From an uncultured delta proteobacterium (GTDB lineage: Bacteria; Myxococcota_A; Polyangia; Fen-1088): a stretch of DNA of 64,000 nt. The stretch spans positions 64,001-128,000 of the forward strand of contig CAWCMR010000001.1 in NCBI GenBank assembly GCA_963796685.1, written 5' to 3'. A model generated the notes under the pieces. It had not been told where the DNA came from. It made no database searches and saw only the letters and a list, made by a program, of their open reading frames with translations. Of this stretch, positions 48,331 through 58,395 are shown in pieces. The translations under genes were made by a program, and so were the position numbers. The first letter of the stretch is position 1; the number at the start of each line of letters is the position of its first letter.

Positions 48331-49131
48331 TCAAGGAGCTGGGCTCGGTGACGACCCCGCACCCGGATCGGGGCTGCGGCTGAAGGGGCGGAAAGCGAAA
48401 GCCTGTTGCCGAAAGTAGCCCGAGGGGAAATGGCCTTGCGCCGCAAGCCCGTAGGACATGGGCTTGCCGGCCGGAAGATGAGCCGTGCCGAACAGCCAAT
48501 CCCAGATAGCGAGCTTGGTGGAGAAGTTGATGTCGATGATTTCCACGGCGTGATGCCAGCGGTGCATTTCAGGTCCATTGACCAGGCGTTGCAGGAAACC
48601 CGAACGCACATCGAGGTTGCAATGGATGTACATGCCCCACATGGCGTCCACCACGCCTTTCCAAAGCACCACCTCGGGCGCGCCACCGAGAAGAACGATG
48701 GGCATGAACTCGATGCTCTGATTGATGAAGATTTCGAGGGCGTGAGAGCGCGAGCCACTTAGCCAATCCACGTCCTGGGTGGAATGATGGGCCTCGTGTA
48801 GCCGCCACAAGATGGGATTGCGATGTTGCCAGCGATGAAACCAGTAGATGTAGAAATCGTGGGTGACCACGAAGAAGAGAAGCTGCACTGGCACTGGCCA
48901 CGCCGAGATTATGTGCCATCGGCCGTGGTGTCCAGGACCGTCGATGGCTTCGATGAGTGCCTTGATGACAAGCCCCAGCACGCAACTCTGCACCAAGGTG
49001 TACATCACCAGGTCGGTGAGAAATCCGTTCCGCCATAGGCGCTGCTTGGGGGCGTACGGAAATCGACGTTCAAGGGCGATGAAGAGGAACGCGCCGACAA
49101 GAATGGTGGCCGCGGAGATCGCGGGCGTCAT
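48331..49131 (-). CDS. Sterol desaturase/fatty acid hydroxylase family protein
   Basis: YWFHRWQH, LHEAHHS, YIHCN, HRWHH His boxes; WDWLFGT. Confidence 0.92.
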   Translation of the reverse strand: MTPAISAATILVGAFLFIALERRFPYAPKQRLWRNGFLTDLVMYTLVQSCVLGLVIKALIEAIDGPGHHGRWHIISAWPVPVQLLFFVVTHDFYIYWFHRWQHRNPILWRLHEAHHSTQDVDWLSGSRSHALEIFINQSIEFMPIVLLGGAPEVVLWKGVVDAMWGMYIHCNLDVRSGFLQRLVNGPEMHRWHHAVEIIDINFSTKLAIWDWLFGTAHLPAGKPMSYGLAAQGHFPSGYFRQQAFAFRPFSRSPDPGAGSSPSPAP

Positions 49132-49150
49132 GCTTGCGTCACCGCGCGGG

Positions 49151-50065
49151 TCAGGCCAGACCTCGAGTAGCATCGGCGCTGGACACGCGCCGCAGTTTCT
49201 GACGCTGGGCCATCTCGGTGGCGTGGAGCCGCTTCACGCCGTCTCCGAGCGACCGCTCGATGTCCCGGATGTTGCTCACCAAACGCATGAGGCCACCGAT
49301 TTCGACCGATGCGGCATGATCCGACCCCCACATCGCTCGATCGAGGGTCACGTGCCTCTCGACGAACGTGGCCCCGAGAGTGACCGCTGCCCAGGTGGGT
49401 GAGAGCCCCGTCTCATGCCCCGAATAGCCAATGGGGCAGACGGGAAAGAGATCGCCCAGGGTCTGAATCATGCGCAGGTTGAGAGCCTCGAGTGGACAGG
49501 GATAGGCCGACGTGGAGTGCGCGATAAGAAGGCGATCCGTGCCAAGCAATTCAACTGCGCTGCGAATCTCCTCCATGGTCGACATTCCCGTGGAAACCAT
49601 CAGGGGGCGCCCCGTGGCGCGCAACTTGCGCAACAGGGTTTGATCGGTCAGTGAGGCCGAAGCGACCTTGTAGACCGGTGGGTCGAACACTTCCATGAAG
49701 TCGACGGCGTCTTCGTCCCAACACGAGGCGAACCAAAGCATGCCGCGGTCGCGGCAGTGGCGATCGATTTCGGCGTAGTCCGTGGCACCGAGCTCCACGC
49801 GATGCCTGTATTCCAAATAGGTCATGCGGCCCCACGGAGTGTCGCGCAGAACCTCCCGCTGTGTCGGGGGGACGCATTTGTCAGGCGTGCGCTTTTGGAA
49901 TTTCACCGCATCGGCGCCCGCCACGACCGCGCCGTCGATGAGGCGCTTGGCCAGGTCGACGGAACCGTTGTGGTTGACGCCGATCTCGGCAATCACGAAC
50001 ACGGGGTGGCCGGGGCCCACCCACTTGTTGCCAACACGTATGGAATTGGCCGTGGTTTCTTTCAT
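49151..50065 (-). CDS. N-acetylneuraminate synthase (NeuB) family protein lacking the C-terminal SAF domain
   Basis: IAEIGVNHNG, AVKFQKR, KVASAS, STGMS, GYSGHE, VERHVTLDR, GSDH. Confidence 0.93.
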   Translation of the reverse strand: MKETTANSIRVGNKWVGPGHPVFVIAEIGVNHNGSVDLAKRLIDGAVVAGADAVKFQKRTPDKCVPPTQREVLRDTPWGRMTYLEYRHRVELGATDYAEIDRHCRDRGMLWFASCWDEDAVDFMEVFDPPVYKVASASLTDQTLLRKLRATGRPLMVSTGMSTMEEIRSAVELLGTDRLLIAHSTSAYPCPLEALNLRMIQTLGDLFPVCPIGYSGHETGLSPTWAAVTLGATFVERHVTLDRAMWGSDHAASVEIGGLMRLVSNIRDIERSLGDGVKRLHATEMAQRQKLRRVSSADATRGLA

Positions 50066-50649
50066 GGCGACCTCCTTCTCGAGAGCTCGTCGCACGAGCT
50101 ATCCTCAAAACGCAGGAAACGGATCCACTCGGCAATCTGGCGGAACGCGCCTTCGCCGCCACGCCGGGTGCAGCGGACGTGAACGCGATCGAGCACCGCG
50201 GGCTCGGCGTCTGCGGGCGCGCATATCAACCCCTCGCTCGCGAGGGCTTCCATCACGCCCAGATCGTTGACGTCGTCGCCGATGTAGGCGACTTGGGCAG
50301 AGGTCACGCGGTGCTCGACCAGAATGGACGCCAGGGCGGCGCGTTTGTCGTGCACCCCGCCCCACAAGCGGACCGCCAGCTTCTGAGCGCGGCGGACGAC
50401 GATGGCCGAGTCCTCCCGTGTCACGATAGCCGTCGCGACGCCGATCTCGCGCAGTCGTTCGCACCCCATGCCGTCGCGCAAGGAAAAGCGCTTCATTTCC
50501 TCGCCGCGCTCCGAGTAGTAGACGGTCGCGTCGGTGAGCACGCCGTCGCAGTCGGTAAGCACGAGCTTCAACCGACGCACGCGACGCTCGGCCTCGATGG
50601 GATCGAGGGTGAGAACGGGAGACTCTTCACTCATCACCATGTCGTCCAT
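50062..50649 (-). CDS. KdsC-family HAD phosphatase
   Basis: DCDGVLTD, FSLRDGMG, YIGDDVNDL, GGEGAFR. Confidence 0.92.
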   Translation of the reverse strand: MDDMVMSEESPVLTLDPIEAERRVRRLKLVLTDCDGVLTDATVYYSERGEEMKRFSLRDGMGCERLREIGVATAIVTREDSAIVVRRAQKLAVRLWGGVHDKRAALASILVEHRVTSAQVAYIGDDVNDLGVMEALASEGLICAPADAEPAVLDRVHVRCTRRGGEGAFRQIAEWIRFLRFEDSSCDELSRRRSP

Positions 50650-51458
50650 CCTCCGTCCACCACCAGGTCTGCCCCGGTCATATAGCTGGAGGCGTCGCTG
50701 GCCAGGAACACCACGGCCCCGCGCAATTCGCTCGGCTCGGCCATTCGACCAAGGGGCGTGCGGTCGGAGTACTGCTTTACGAAATGCTCATCCTGCGCTT
50801 GGGCCACGCCGCCCGGGCAAAGCGTGTTGCAGCGAACCCGCTCGCTGGCCCAGTACGTGGCGATGAACCGACTCAGCGCCGACACTGCGCCCTTGCTCGC
50901 CGAGTACACAGGAGACTTCCAGAACCTCTGGTCCCCGTCGGGACGACGATAAATGCGCTGGTCCGGCGCCACCAACCCGTAGGTCGAACCGATATTGATG
51001 ATGGAACCTCCGCGCTGGCCTGCCACGATCTCGGCGCCGAGGATCTGACACGCCAGAAACGTGCCGGTGAGATTGACATCGAGAAACCTTTGCCACGCGT
51101 GCAGGGGATAGCGTTCGAAACGGGTGGTCTGCTCGGTCTCGTTTTCCTCGAAACGGTCGTTGATGGCCGCGCTGTTCACCAGCACGTCCAAGCGACCCAG
51201 GCGTTCGCGCACGGCTGCGCGCAAGGCTTCCACCGACTCCGGTTTGGTCACATCGAGCGGCAGGCCAAGCGCCTGCTCGCCTCCCGCCGCCGCGAGGTCT
51301 TCGGCCTGCCGCTTGCAGGCGAACGGGTCGATGTCGGCGATGACGACCGTCGCGCCTGCCGCATGCAAGGCAAGGGCAAACTCCCGCCCCAGAAGTCCAA
51401 GCCCGCCGGTGACCACGGCCACCTTGCCGGCAAGCGAGAATGGATCAGCCACGGCCAT
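50634..51458 (-). CDS. SDR family oxidoreductase
   Basis: VTGGLGLLG, LVNSAA, YSASKG, LVVDGGWT. Confidence 0.93.
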   Translation of the reverse strand: MAVADPFSLAGKVAVVTGGLGLLGREFALALHAAGATVVIADIDPFACKRQAEDLAAAGGEQALGLPLDVTKPESVEALRAAVRERLGRLDVLVNSAAINDRFEENETEQTTRFERYPLHAWQRFLDVNLTGTFLACQILGAEIVAGQRGGSIINIGSTYGLVAPDQRIYRRPDGDQRFWKSPVYSASKGAVSALSRFIATYWASERVRCNTLCPGGVAQAQDEHFVKQYSDRTPLGRMAEPSELRGAVVFLASDASSYMTGADLVVDGGWTTW

Positions 51459-52827
51459 GCGCCACCTCGCTGGTTGCGTGCCTTCCAACGCGCGGACGGG
51501 TGTTGAAGCCGGCCACCCTGCGGAAGACGGGCTCCATAGGTGCGCCCCGCAAATAGCTCGCCGGTGCTCCGCTCGCCAAGGCCTGCTTGAGCACGGTCAA
51601 GGTCTCGCCGTAGGCGTCCATCAACTGATCGATGTCGGCCTCGCTGTGCGAAAAACAGAGATTGTGGAAGCCCTGCCACAGCACGCCCCGGCGGAGTAGC
51701 TCCTGCTGCACGAGCGACTTCATGATCAGCGGGTCGACGCCAGCTGCGCGGCCTGTGGCAGCGAAGGTCACCAGGGTACGGCAGCCCATGCCCACACAAT
51801 GGGTGAATTCGAGATCGAGACCTGCGGCCAAACCCGCGTAGCGATCACGCAAATGCGACCCCAGGGTGTCGAGACGGCCGGCCACGTCGCGCGTCTTCAT
51901 CACCTCGAGGGTGGCCTGCGCGGCCGCTAGCGATAGCGCCTCGCCGCCGAAGGTGGTGAAGAAGAAGACCTCTCTTTCGCACAGGCGCATCATCTCCGCG
52001 CGCCCGGTTAGTACCGAGAGCGGCATGCCGTTGGCGATGGCCTTGGAGAAACACGCCAGATCGGCGGTGACGCCGAAGCGCTGTTGCGCGCCTCCGAGCG
52101 CCGCGCGAAATCCCGTCCACATCTCGTCGAAGATGAGTAGGCTGCCATTTTCGCGGCAGGCGCGCGCCACCTCGGCCAGGAATCCATCCTTGGGCCATTC
52201 GAAGACCATGGGCTCGAGGATCACGCACGCCACGTCGTCGGCCAGGGCGGCACGCAGAGAGTCGGGGTCGTTGTATGCGAAGGTGTACGACAACTTGGCG
52301 ACGTCTTCCGGGATACCTCGGCTGCGGTCGGTGACCGAGACGTACCAGTCATGCCAGCCGTGATAGCCGCAGCAGATCACCTTGCCGCGGCCGGTGAAGG
52401 CGCGCGCTAGGCGAACCGCGGCGCTGGTGACGTCGCAGCCGGTCTTCGAGAAGCGCACCATCTCGGCGCCGGGCACGAGAGCGGTCACGGTCTCGGCGAC
52501 CAGGACCTCCAGCGGGTGGGGCAGCGAGAAGGTGATGCCGTCTTCGAGTTGCGCACGGATCGCGGCGTCCACCTCCGGGAAGGCGTAGCCGAGCGAAAGC
52601 GGACCCACGCCCATGCTGAAATCGATGTACTCGTTGCCATCGACGTCCCAAACGTGGCTGCCGCGACCGCGCGTCAGATACTTCGGCGCGACGCCGTTTA
52701 CGAACTGTCCCACGCCCTTGGCAAGCGTCTGGGTGCCTGCCGGGATGAGCGGGCGGGCCCGTTCATAGAGCGCGTTCGAGGCGTCGATGCACGGGAAGGT
52801 GGGATCGAGAGTGATGGACTTAGGCAT
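51445..52827 (-). CDS. Class III aminotransferase (glutamate-1-semialdehyde aminomutase-like)
   Basis: WDVDGNEYID, GYHGWHDW, FDEMWTGFR, FSKAIANG. Confidence 0.9.
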   Translation of the reverse strand: MPKSITLDPTFPCIDASNALYERARPLIPAGTQTLAKGVGQFVNGVAPKYLTRGRGSHVWDVDGNEYIDFSMGVGPLSLGYAFPEVDAAIRAQLEDGITFSLPHPLEVLVAETVTALVPGAEMVRFSKTGCDVTSAAVRLARAFTGRGKVICCGYHGWHDWYVSVTDRSRGIPEDVAKLSYTFAYNDPDSLRAALADDVACVILEPMVFEWPKDGFLAEVARACRENGSLLIFDEMWTGFRAALGGAQQRFGVTADLACFSKAIANGMPLSVLTGRAEMMRLCEREVFFFTTFGGEALSLAAAQATLEVMKTRDVAGRLDTLGSHLRDRYAGLAAGLDLEFTHCVGMGCRTLVTFAATGRAAGVDPLIMKSLVQQELLRRGVLWQGFHNLCFSHSEADIDQLMDAYGETLTVLKQALASGAPASYLRGAPMEPVFRRVAGFNTRPRVGRHATSEVAHGRG

Positions 52828-53743
52828 GGAGTCTCCTCGTTGCAAGGGCGTGGCGCACGCGCGCGGCAATGGCGGGTCCCGTGAAACCCTCGGTGTGCAG
52901 CACATCCGGCAAGAGGGCCGGCTTGAACCAACGGTCGAGCGCGAGCGGTAGCACGAGTGGGGATAGACGCTCGCGCAAACAGAGCTCGGCGAGGATACTG
53001 AAAAGACCGCCGACCTTGAAATGGTCTTCCACGGTCACCAGCACGCGGGCGCCTGCCGCGTGCTCGAGCAGCGCGGCCTCGTCGAGCGGCACCAGGGTGC
53101 GCAGGTTGAGCACCCCCGCATCGATGCCGGCCGCGCGCAACTCTTGCGCCGCGGCCACCAGCTCGGGCACGAGCAAGCCGTAGCCGAGCAGCATCACGGC
53201 CTTGCCGTCGAGGAGAAGCTCCGATTGGCCGAGGGCAAAAGGTGTGTGATGCTCCACCCGGCAGGGCGAGGCATTGAATCGCACGTAGGTCGGGTGCGGG
53301 CTGGCGAGCACGGTCGGCATCGCTTCCACAAGCTCGCGCTCGTCGCTCGGACACACGATGTGCATGCCGGGGATTCCGCGCATGAGCGCCACGTCTTCGA
53401 TGGCCTGGTGGGTCGGCCCGTTGCCATCGGACAGAAATCCGGGTACGGCGCCCACCAGCTTCACCGGCAGGCCGGAGATCCCGACGTCGGTCCGGATGAA
53501 CTCGAAGGCGCGCATGACCAAGAACGTGGCCAGCGCGTGCACCACGGGGATGCGTCCACGCAAGGCCAGGCCTGTGGCCGCGCCGATCATGGTTTGTTCG
53601 CAGATCCCGACATCGATGAAGCGTTCCCCGAGCAGGGCCGGCACGCCGCGGATAGCGGCGCGGTTTTCGGCGGTCATCACGACGATGCGCGGGTCGCGCT
53701 CTGCCGCGGCCAGGAGCACGTCTTGGTAAGTCGCCGCGCTCAT
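52820..53743 (-). CDS. Transketolase, C-terminal (pyrimidine-binding) subunit
   Basis: DVGICEQ, RAFEFIR, GPTHQAIED, TVEDH..GGL. Confidence 0.92.
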   Translation of the reverse strand: MSAATYQDVLLAAAERDPRIVVMTAENRAAIRGVPALLGERFIDVGICEQTMIGAATGLALRGRIPVVHALATFLVMRAFEFIRTDVGISGLPVKLVGAVPGFLSDGNGPTHQAIEDVALMRGIPGMHIVCPSDERELVEAMPTVLASPHPTYVRFNASPCRVEHHTPFALGQSELLLDGKAVMLLGYGLLVPELVAAAQELRAAGIDAGVLNLRTLVPLDEAALLEHAAGARVLVTVEDHFKVGGLFSILAELCLRERLSPLVLPLALDRWFKPALLPDVLHTEGFTGPAIAARVRHALATRRLHA

Positions 53744-54621
53744 CGCACCACCAGGGTTTCGGACGTGAGCTGTGCCTGCGCGCTGCCAGCCAGCTCGGCG
53801 AGCAAGGCGTTCACTTCTTCGTCGGAAAAGCGCGCGAACCAGCGATCCGCGCGGCGCTCGATGCTGGGCAGCCCCTTGCCACGCACGGTGTGCGCGAGGA
53901 CGGCGGTGGGGCGGCCGTCCACAAGCGGCAGCGTAGCAAAGCCGCGTTCGAGATCGATGAAGTCGTGGCCGTCCACCTCGACCACACCGAACCCGAAGGC
54001 ACGCCACTTGTCGGACAGGGGTTCGAGTGGGATGAGAGATTCGGTCTCGACGTTGGCCTGGAATTCGTTGCGGTCGATGATGACCACCAGGTTCTGCACC
54101 CGATGGGCGGCTGCAACGAGCGCGCCTTCCCAGACGCTGCCTTCGTCGAGCTCGCCGTCGCCCAGCAAGACGAAGACCCGGCCGGGCCCGCCATCGAGGC
54201 GAATCCCCATGGCAACCCCGATAGCCACCGACAAAAGATGTCCGAGCGATCCCGAATGGAATTCCACGCCCGGGATGGCCCGGTTGGGATGCCAGTAGAT
54301 GTCGTCGCGAGGATCCAGATGATGCCGCAATCGTTCGCGCTCGATGTAGCCGTGCTCGGCCAAGGTTCCGTAGAGAGCGGGAACGTCGTGGCCCTTGGAA
54401 AGAAAGAAGTAGTCGCGATCCCGACTCGTCACCGTGCTGGGACTGATGGCCAACACGCGTTCGTAGAGGAACACGACGAGATCCGTGCACGAGAGCGAAG
54501 CGCCGATGAAGCAGCCGCCGCCTCCCGACATGCGCACGATGTGCTGGCGCACGCGAAAGGCGCGGTCTTCCATGCGGTGAAGATCCTCCGGGGTGATCGG
54601 AATGCGGGGCGGATCTCTCAT
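53740..54621 (-). CDS. Transketolase, N-terminal (ThDP-binding) subunit
   Basis: RDYFFLSKGH, SGSLGH, GDGELDEGSVWE...IDRN, TVRGKG. Confidence 0.92.
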   Translation of the reverse strand: MRDPPRIPITPEDLHRMEDRAFRVRQHIVRMSGGGGCFIGASLSCTDLVVFLYERVLAISPSTVTSRDRDYFFLSKGHDVPALYGTLAEHGYIERERLRHHLDPRDDIYWHPNRAIPGVEFHSGSLGHLLSVAIGVAMGIRLDGGPGRVFVLLGDGELDEGSVWEGALVAAAHRVQNLVVIIDRNEFQANVETESLIPLEPLSDKWRAFGFGVVEVDGHDFIDLERGFATLPLVDGRPTAVLAHTVRGKGLPSIERRADRWFARFSDEEVNALLAELAGSAQAQLTSETLVVR

Positions 54622-55427
54622 GGCGACTCCAGCCGGACCGTGTCCTTGGCGCTGACGGTCCGCAGCTCGTGGAGGTGGTTGCGATACCAGTTCACGCCTG
54701 CCAGATGGCTGTTCAAGCGGAACACATCGGGGCGCCCTTCCAGAAAGGTCAGAATGTCTGCTAGAGAAAAGGGCTTGGCTTCGGGCTGGTGCAAGCCTTC
54801 GAATACCGCTGTCACGAAGGCGAGATCGTCGGGGTAGTCGATGGTGAAACGGTGGCTCATGGAGTAGTCGAGACCCGTCTCCCAGGTCACGTTGTGAATG
54901 CGGAAACGCTCTGGGTTTTCCCAAAGAAAGGGGGTGGTATGCTCGCGTTCGAAAGATCGAGTGGCTGCAATCCAAGCCTGCTCGAGCGCGTGCATCGGTA
55001 TGACCTCAACGTCGTTGCCGTCGGGATAGGTGGCTGGGTGGAGATTGCTCACGAAGTCGAAGTCTTCTGGATGGGCGCGATAGACCTCGATAACGCGATC
55101 GATGATGCCGGGATCGATGAGCGGGCAATCCGAGGGAATTTTCACCACCGCCGTGGCGTCCGTGGCTCGCCCTGCGCGCAGGTGGCGATCGAGGAGATCC
55201 GTGGCGTGGCCGCGAAAGCATAAGAACCCGTGCTCTTCCGCCATGTCCGCGATGGCGTCATCCGCCACAGCCGTGGTCGTGGCCACGACGATCTCATCCA
55301 GCGTGCGGGAAGCGCGCACGCGTTCCAGCATCCACAGAATGAGCGGCCTGCCGAGCACCGGCTTTAGGACCTTGCCCGGCAGACGCGACGAGCCCATCCG
55401 AGCCTGAATGACCCCGACGACTCTCAC
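54618..55427 (-). CDS. SpsF-like cytidylyltransferase
   Basis: IQARMGSSRLPGKVL, VVATT..DD, SDCPLIDP, REHTT, RFTIDYPDD. Confidence 0.9.
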   Translation of the reverse strand: MRVVGVIQARMGSSRLPGKVLKPVLGRPLILWMLERVRASRTLDEIVVATTTAVADDAIADMAEEHGFLCFRGHATDLLDRHLRAGRATDATAVVKIPSDCPLIDPGIIDRVIEVYRAHPEDFDFVSNLHPATYPDGNDVEVIPMHALEQAWIAATRSFEREHTTPFLWENPERFRIHNVTWETGLDYSMSHRFTIDYPDDLAFVTAVFEGLHQPEAKPFSLADILTFLEGRPDVFRLNSHLAGVNWYRNHLHELRTVSAKDTVRLESP

Positions 55428-55469
55428 CGTGTACCTCCGCCGCTGACGGTTGCTATCGCCGGGCTTGAG

Positions 55470-56519
55470 CTATCCGCGCTGGTCGACATGTGCTTCTCTC
55501 GTTGTACAAGAGAGAAGCAAAAGTCCTGTGACGATCCAAAGACACTCCTTCGTCCGTTTCGTTACAAATAGAGCAGCGCCCGCGGTTGCCGCATGCGTCG
55601 TCCCGGCAGCATGCGCAAGAACCACCTCGGCCGCGTCTTGAATGCCGAGTCCAGCTGGAAGAAAGAGTGCCGCGGATCGCAGGAACGAGCTCAATGCCTC
55701 GAAGCGCCACGCGGTCATGAACGGCACGTGGACCCCGCACAGGGATGCAATGACATAGGTATCAAGCGCCTCGAAGAACCACTGCGCAAGGTAAAGACAG
55801 AAGCCCACGACCAGGATGCCCTTGGTACCCGTCAAAATCCGTCGCGCCGAATCATCGATACGGGCAAATGCCTCCACACGCACGACAGCCCAGCGGGCAA
55901 GCCGGCGAAGGGGCAGCCTGGCCAGCAGCCGACGAAGCCGTCCGGCCATGGCTCCCCCCCTCAGCGCCAGCAACACAAAGCCGCCAGTCGTTGCATTGAA
56001 GACGATGCCCGTGACCAGCCCCCATCGCAGAAACCATGCCAGCAGCGACGATGCCGTCGACGAATCCGCCCCAGGCGCGGGTAGCGGCAGAGCACCGCCC
56101 AGCAGACCCACCGCCATATAGACCGCATCGCTCGTGACGATGATGCCCTTTCGCACCGCCACGCTGGCCGCACCCTCTGGAAAAGGCACGCCGCAATGCC
56201 GGCGCAATAGAATTGCGCTCGTAACGTCGGCGACGACGGAACCACCGGGAAGGGCCAGGAGCAGCGCTTCCGTGGCCAGCCGCACGTGCAGCAAACGCCA
56301 GAACTTCACGGGTTGGCCGGTCTGCCGCAGAAGCAGGCCCCACGCCAGAGTATCCGCCACCATCGAACCCAGGTAAGGCAATGGCGCCAAGGCGAGACGC
56401 GGTCCCGCTTGGGCCAGGATGAACCAGAGTCGCGGGAGGTCCGCGCGTGCAAGCAGCCCAATCACGATGACGAGGGCGGCGACCAACGGCAGGGTCTGCA
56501 GGACCCGTACGAGGTTCAC
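55470..56519 (-). CDS. Lysylphosphatidylglycerol synthase TM (UPF0104, flippase-like) protein
   Basis: Multiple TM helices; LPGG, LPAGLGIQD motifs; start uncertain. Confidence 0.75.
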   Translation of the reverse strand: MNLVRVLQTLPLVAALVIVIGLLARADLPRLWFILAQAGPRLALAPLPYLGSMVADTLAWGLLLRQTGQPVKFWRLLHVRLATEALLLALPGGSVVADVTSAILLRRHCGVPFPEGAASVAVRKGIIVTSDAVYMAVGLLGGALPLPAPGADSSTASSLLAWFLRWGLVTGIVFNATTGGFVLLALRGGAMAGRLRRLLARLPLRRLARWAVVRVEAFARIDDSARRILTGTKGILVVGFCLYLAQWFFEALDTYVIASLCGVHVPFMTAWRFEALSSFLRSAALFLPAGLGIQDAAEVVLAHAAGTTHAATAGAALFVTKRTKECLWIVTGLLLLSCTTREAHVDQRG

Positions 56520-56536
56520 TCTAGCTGGGATCGCGG

Positions 56537-57721
56537 TCAGCAAGTTGTCTTCCGCAGCCCTTCTTCCCGGGAAGACAGGTCCCGGGTCCCGCGGCTCTGG
56601 GCGAGCAGGGCGCGGCAGACCTCGGCGATGCGACGTGCGCTGGTACCCCCATTTTGAATCGGACACAGGCGCCGAAGCTCCTCGACGTCGAAGTAGGAAT
56701 GGACCTCCTTGTCGAGGGCCAGACCGACGTATGCCGTCGACGAAAACTGTGTCACCAAAACGTCACAGTTGGCGATCATTTCTTCGGCGCTCCCCGAATC
56801 GTAGACCTGTGCGCTGGGGGCGAGCCTGGCCAGCTCGGCCCGAGCCCGGGCGGCGTTTTCATTCGGGTGGAGCTTCCAAAGAATCTGGCGGCCCCTGGCG
56901 ATGCGTACTACCTCGCGTATCAGTTTGGGGCGGTTCTCCCAACGGGCAGTCTCTCGGACGTCCGAGCTGCAGACGAGCACATAGCCGCGGTGGGGGAAGT
57001 CGTTGCGCCTGAATCGCTCGCAGTTGTCGAAGTTTGGGATGCCGGTGACGACGATCTTCTCCGAGAGGATCCCCTTGCGAACGAACAGATCACGGTACCC
57101 GGCGCTGGCCACGCAGAAGCGATCGTAGGCATGGCTTAGCCCAGTGGCCGAAGAGGTGGCAGTGATCCAGGGGGGCAGTTTCAACGTCTTGACGAGCCAG
57201 AAGATCACATCCTCCGGGTCGGTCATCCCTTCCTGTACGAGCAGGATCGGCCGTCCTCGCAGGTTGCGGGGGACGGCCAGGTCGGAACATGTCACCGCCA
57301 GATCGTAGTCGCCGACTTTTCCGCCGAGATCGAGTGGAAGGTAGCGTTCTTGCAGATAGGCGATACAACGCGCCCGCAGCTTGCTTCCGAGCGCGGTCGT
57401 CTCGAGAATCCGCAGACGTCGGACAGCCTCGAGGAGGCCGTCACAGTAATACCAAGTGAAGGCGTGGTCGCAATCCGGCAGCTCGGCGGCGATCTGCTCG
57501 ACCTGTTTGGTCTGGTTGATGGTGCCACCGATGAACAGGATGCGCGGACGGCTCCGAGCGGGCGATGCCGAACGGGGCGCTGGCGGAAATGTCCGCCGCA
57601 GCAGACGCGCGGTGACGCTCGGAACCAGCCCAAACGCAATCACCAGCAGGCGTCCGATGAAGGACCCGACGGCCAGCACGCCGCTGACGGCGAGGAGCCA
57701 GAGAGTCGCGAGCCAAGCCAT
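56537..57721 (-). CDS. Hypothetical GT-B-fold protein with N-terminal membrane anchor
   Basis: LVQEG, IVVTGIPNFD, WKLHPNE, CDVLVTQFSS motifs of the GT-B/CDP-glycerol transferase/sialyltransferase-like group. Confidence 0.65.
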   Translation of the reverse strand: MAWLATLWLLAVSGVLAVGSFIGRLLVIAFGLVPSVTARLLRRTFPPAPRSASPARSRPRILFIGGTINQTKQVEQIAAELPDCDHAFTWYYCDGLLEAVRRLRILETTALGSKLRARCIAYLQERYLPLDLGGKVGDYDLAVTCSDLAVPRNLRGRPILLVQEGMTDPEDVIFWLVKTLKLPPWITATSSATGLSHAYDRFCVASAGYRDLFVRKGILSEKIVVTGIPNFDNCERFRRNDFPHRGYVLVCSSDVRETARWENRPKLIREVVRIARGRQILWKLHPNENAARARAELARLAPSAQVYDSGSAEEMIANCDVLVTQFSSTAYVGLALDKEVHSYFDVEELRRLCPIQNGGTSARRIAEVCRALLAQSRGTRDLSSREEGLRKTTC

Positions 57722-57944
57722 GCGCCCGGATTGTAGTCCACGGCCGACGCTTGTGTCAGTGTTCCGGTGGGTTCCCCTCACAAATGCGGCAAGGTGCGCG
57801 CCGCGGCACATCCGTCGGCCTCGCTCAGGTCACGCGCCGCAACTTCCAGCGCTCGAACAGAAACTCGCTCTATGGACTGGCGCTGGTCATTGGCCATCTG
57901 AGCGAAAGCGCCTGCATGTTCGATCTTGCGCTTCTCGTAGGGCA

Positions 57945-58070
57945 AAGACTACGTCGGTGGACCTCGAGCCGCTCGCACTCATCGCACGTTTTGCAACCCT
58001 CGTCCCTCCTCCCAAGCGGCATACCGTCAGATATTTTGGCGTACTTTCGTCGCACGCCACAGCGCGCCCA
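57945..58070 (+). mobile_element. IS91-family transposase remnant (third)
   Basis: TTSVDLEPLALIARFATLVPPPKRHTVRYFGVLSSHA. Confidence 0.8.
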
Positions 58071-58395
58071 CCGCCCCAGAAGGTGGGTGGCGGCGATGAC
58101 TGGCTCAACTGAACGCGACCTCGACGGGGCCCGGGGCTGCGATGGGGTAGGCTACGCCTTGTGGTCGAGACAGGCTCTTCGGCATGCGATTCGCGCGTAG
58201 CTCACGGTAGACGGTAGATTGCTGCTCCTCGCGGGGAGCGGGGCAGAGCCCCGCATTGGTTACGGCCGTAGGCCGCGGCAGTGTTATAAAGCGCCCTTCT
58301 TCCTTCACCGAATCGCGTCTTCATTCACATGTCCTATAAGAAGTATGCGTCATCTACAGAGGAACACCCGCACCATACCCGGGGGGAGTGCGTGG

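Noticed and set aside
51445-54621. Calling these genes hemL or housekeeping tkt
   Set aside because: Context and divergent motifs indicate sugar-pathway paralogs, so no gene symbols were assigned
58320-58340. TCCTATA as an ISCR-like oriIS end, with similar CCTA motifs at 33006 and 35064
   Set aside because: Match too short to distinguish from chance without an intact element for comparison
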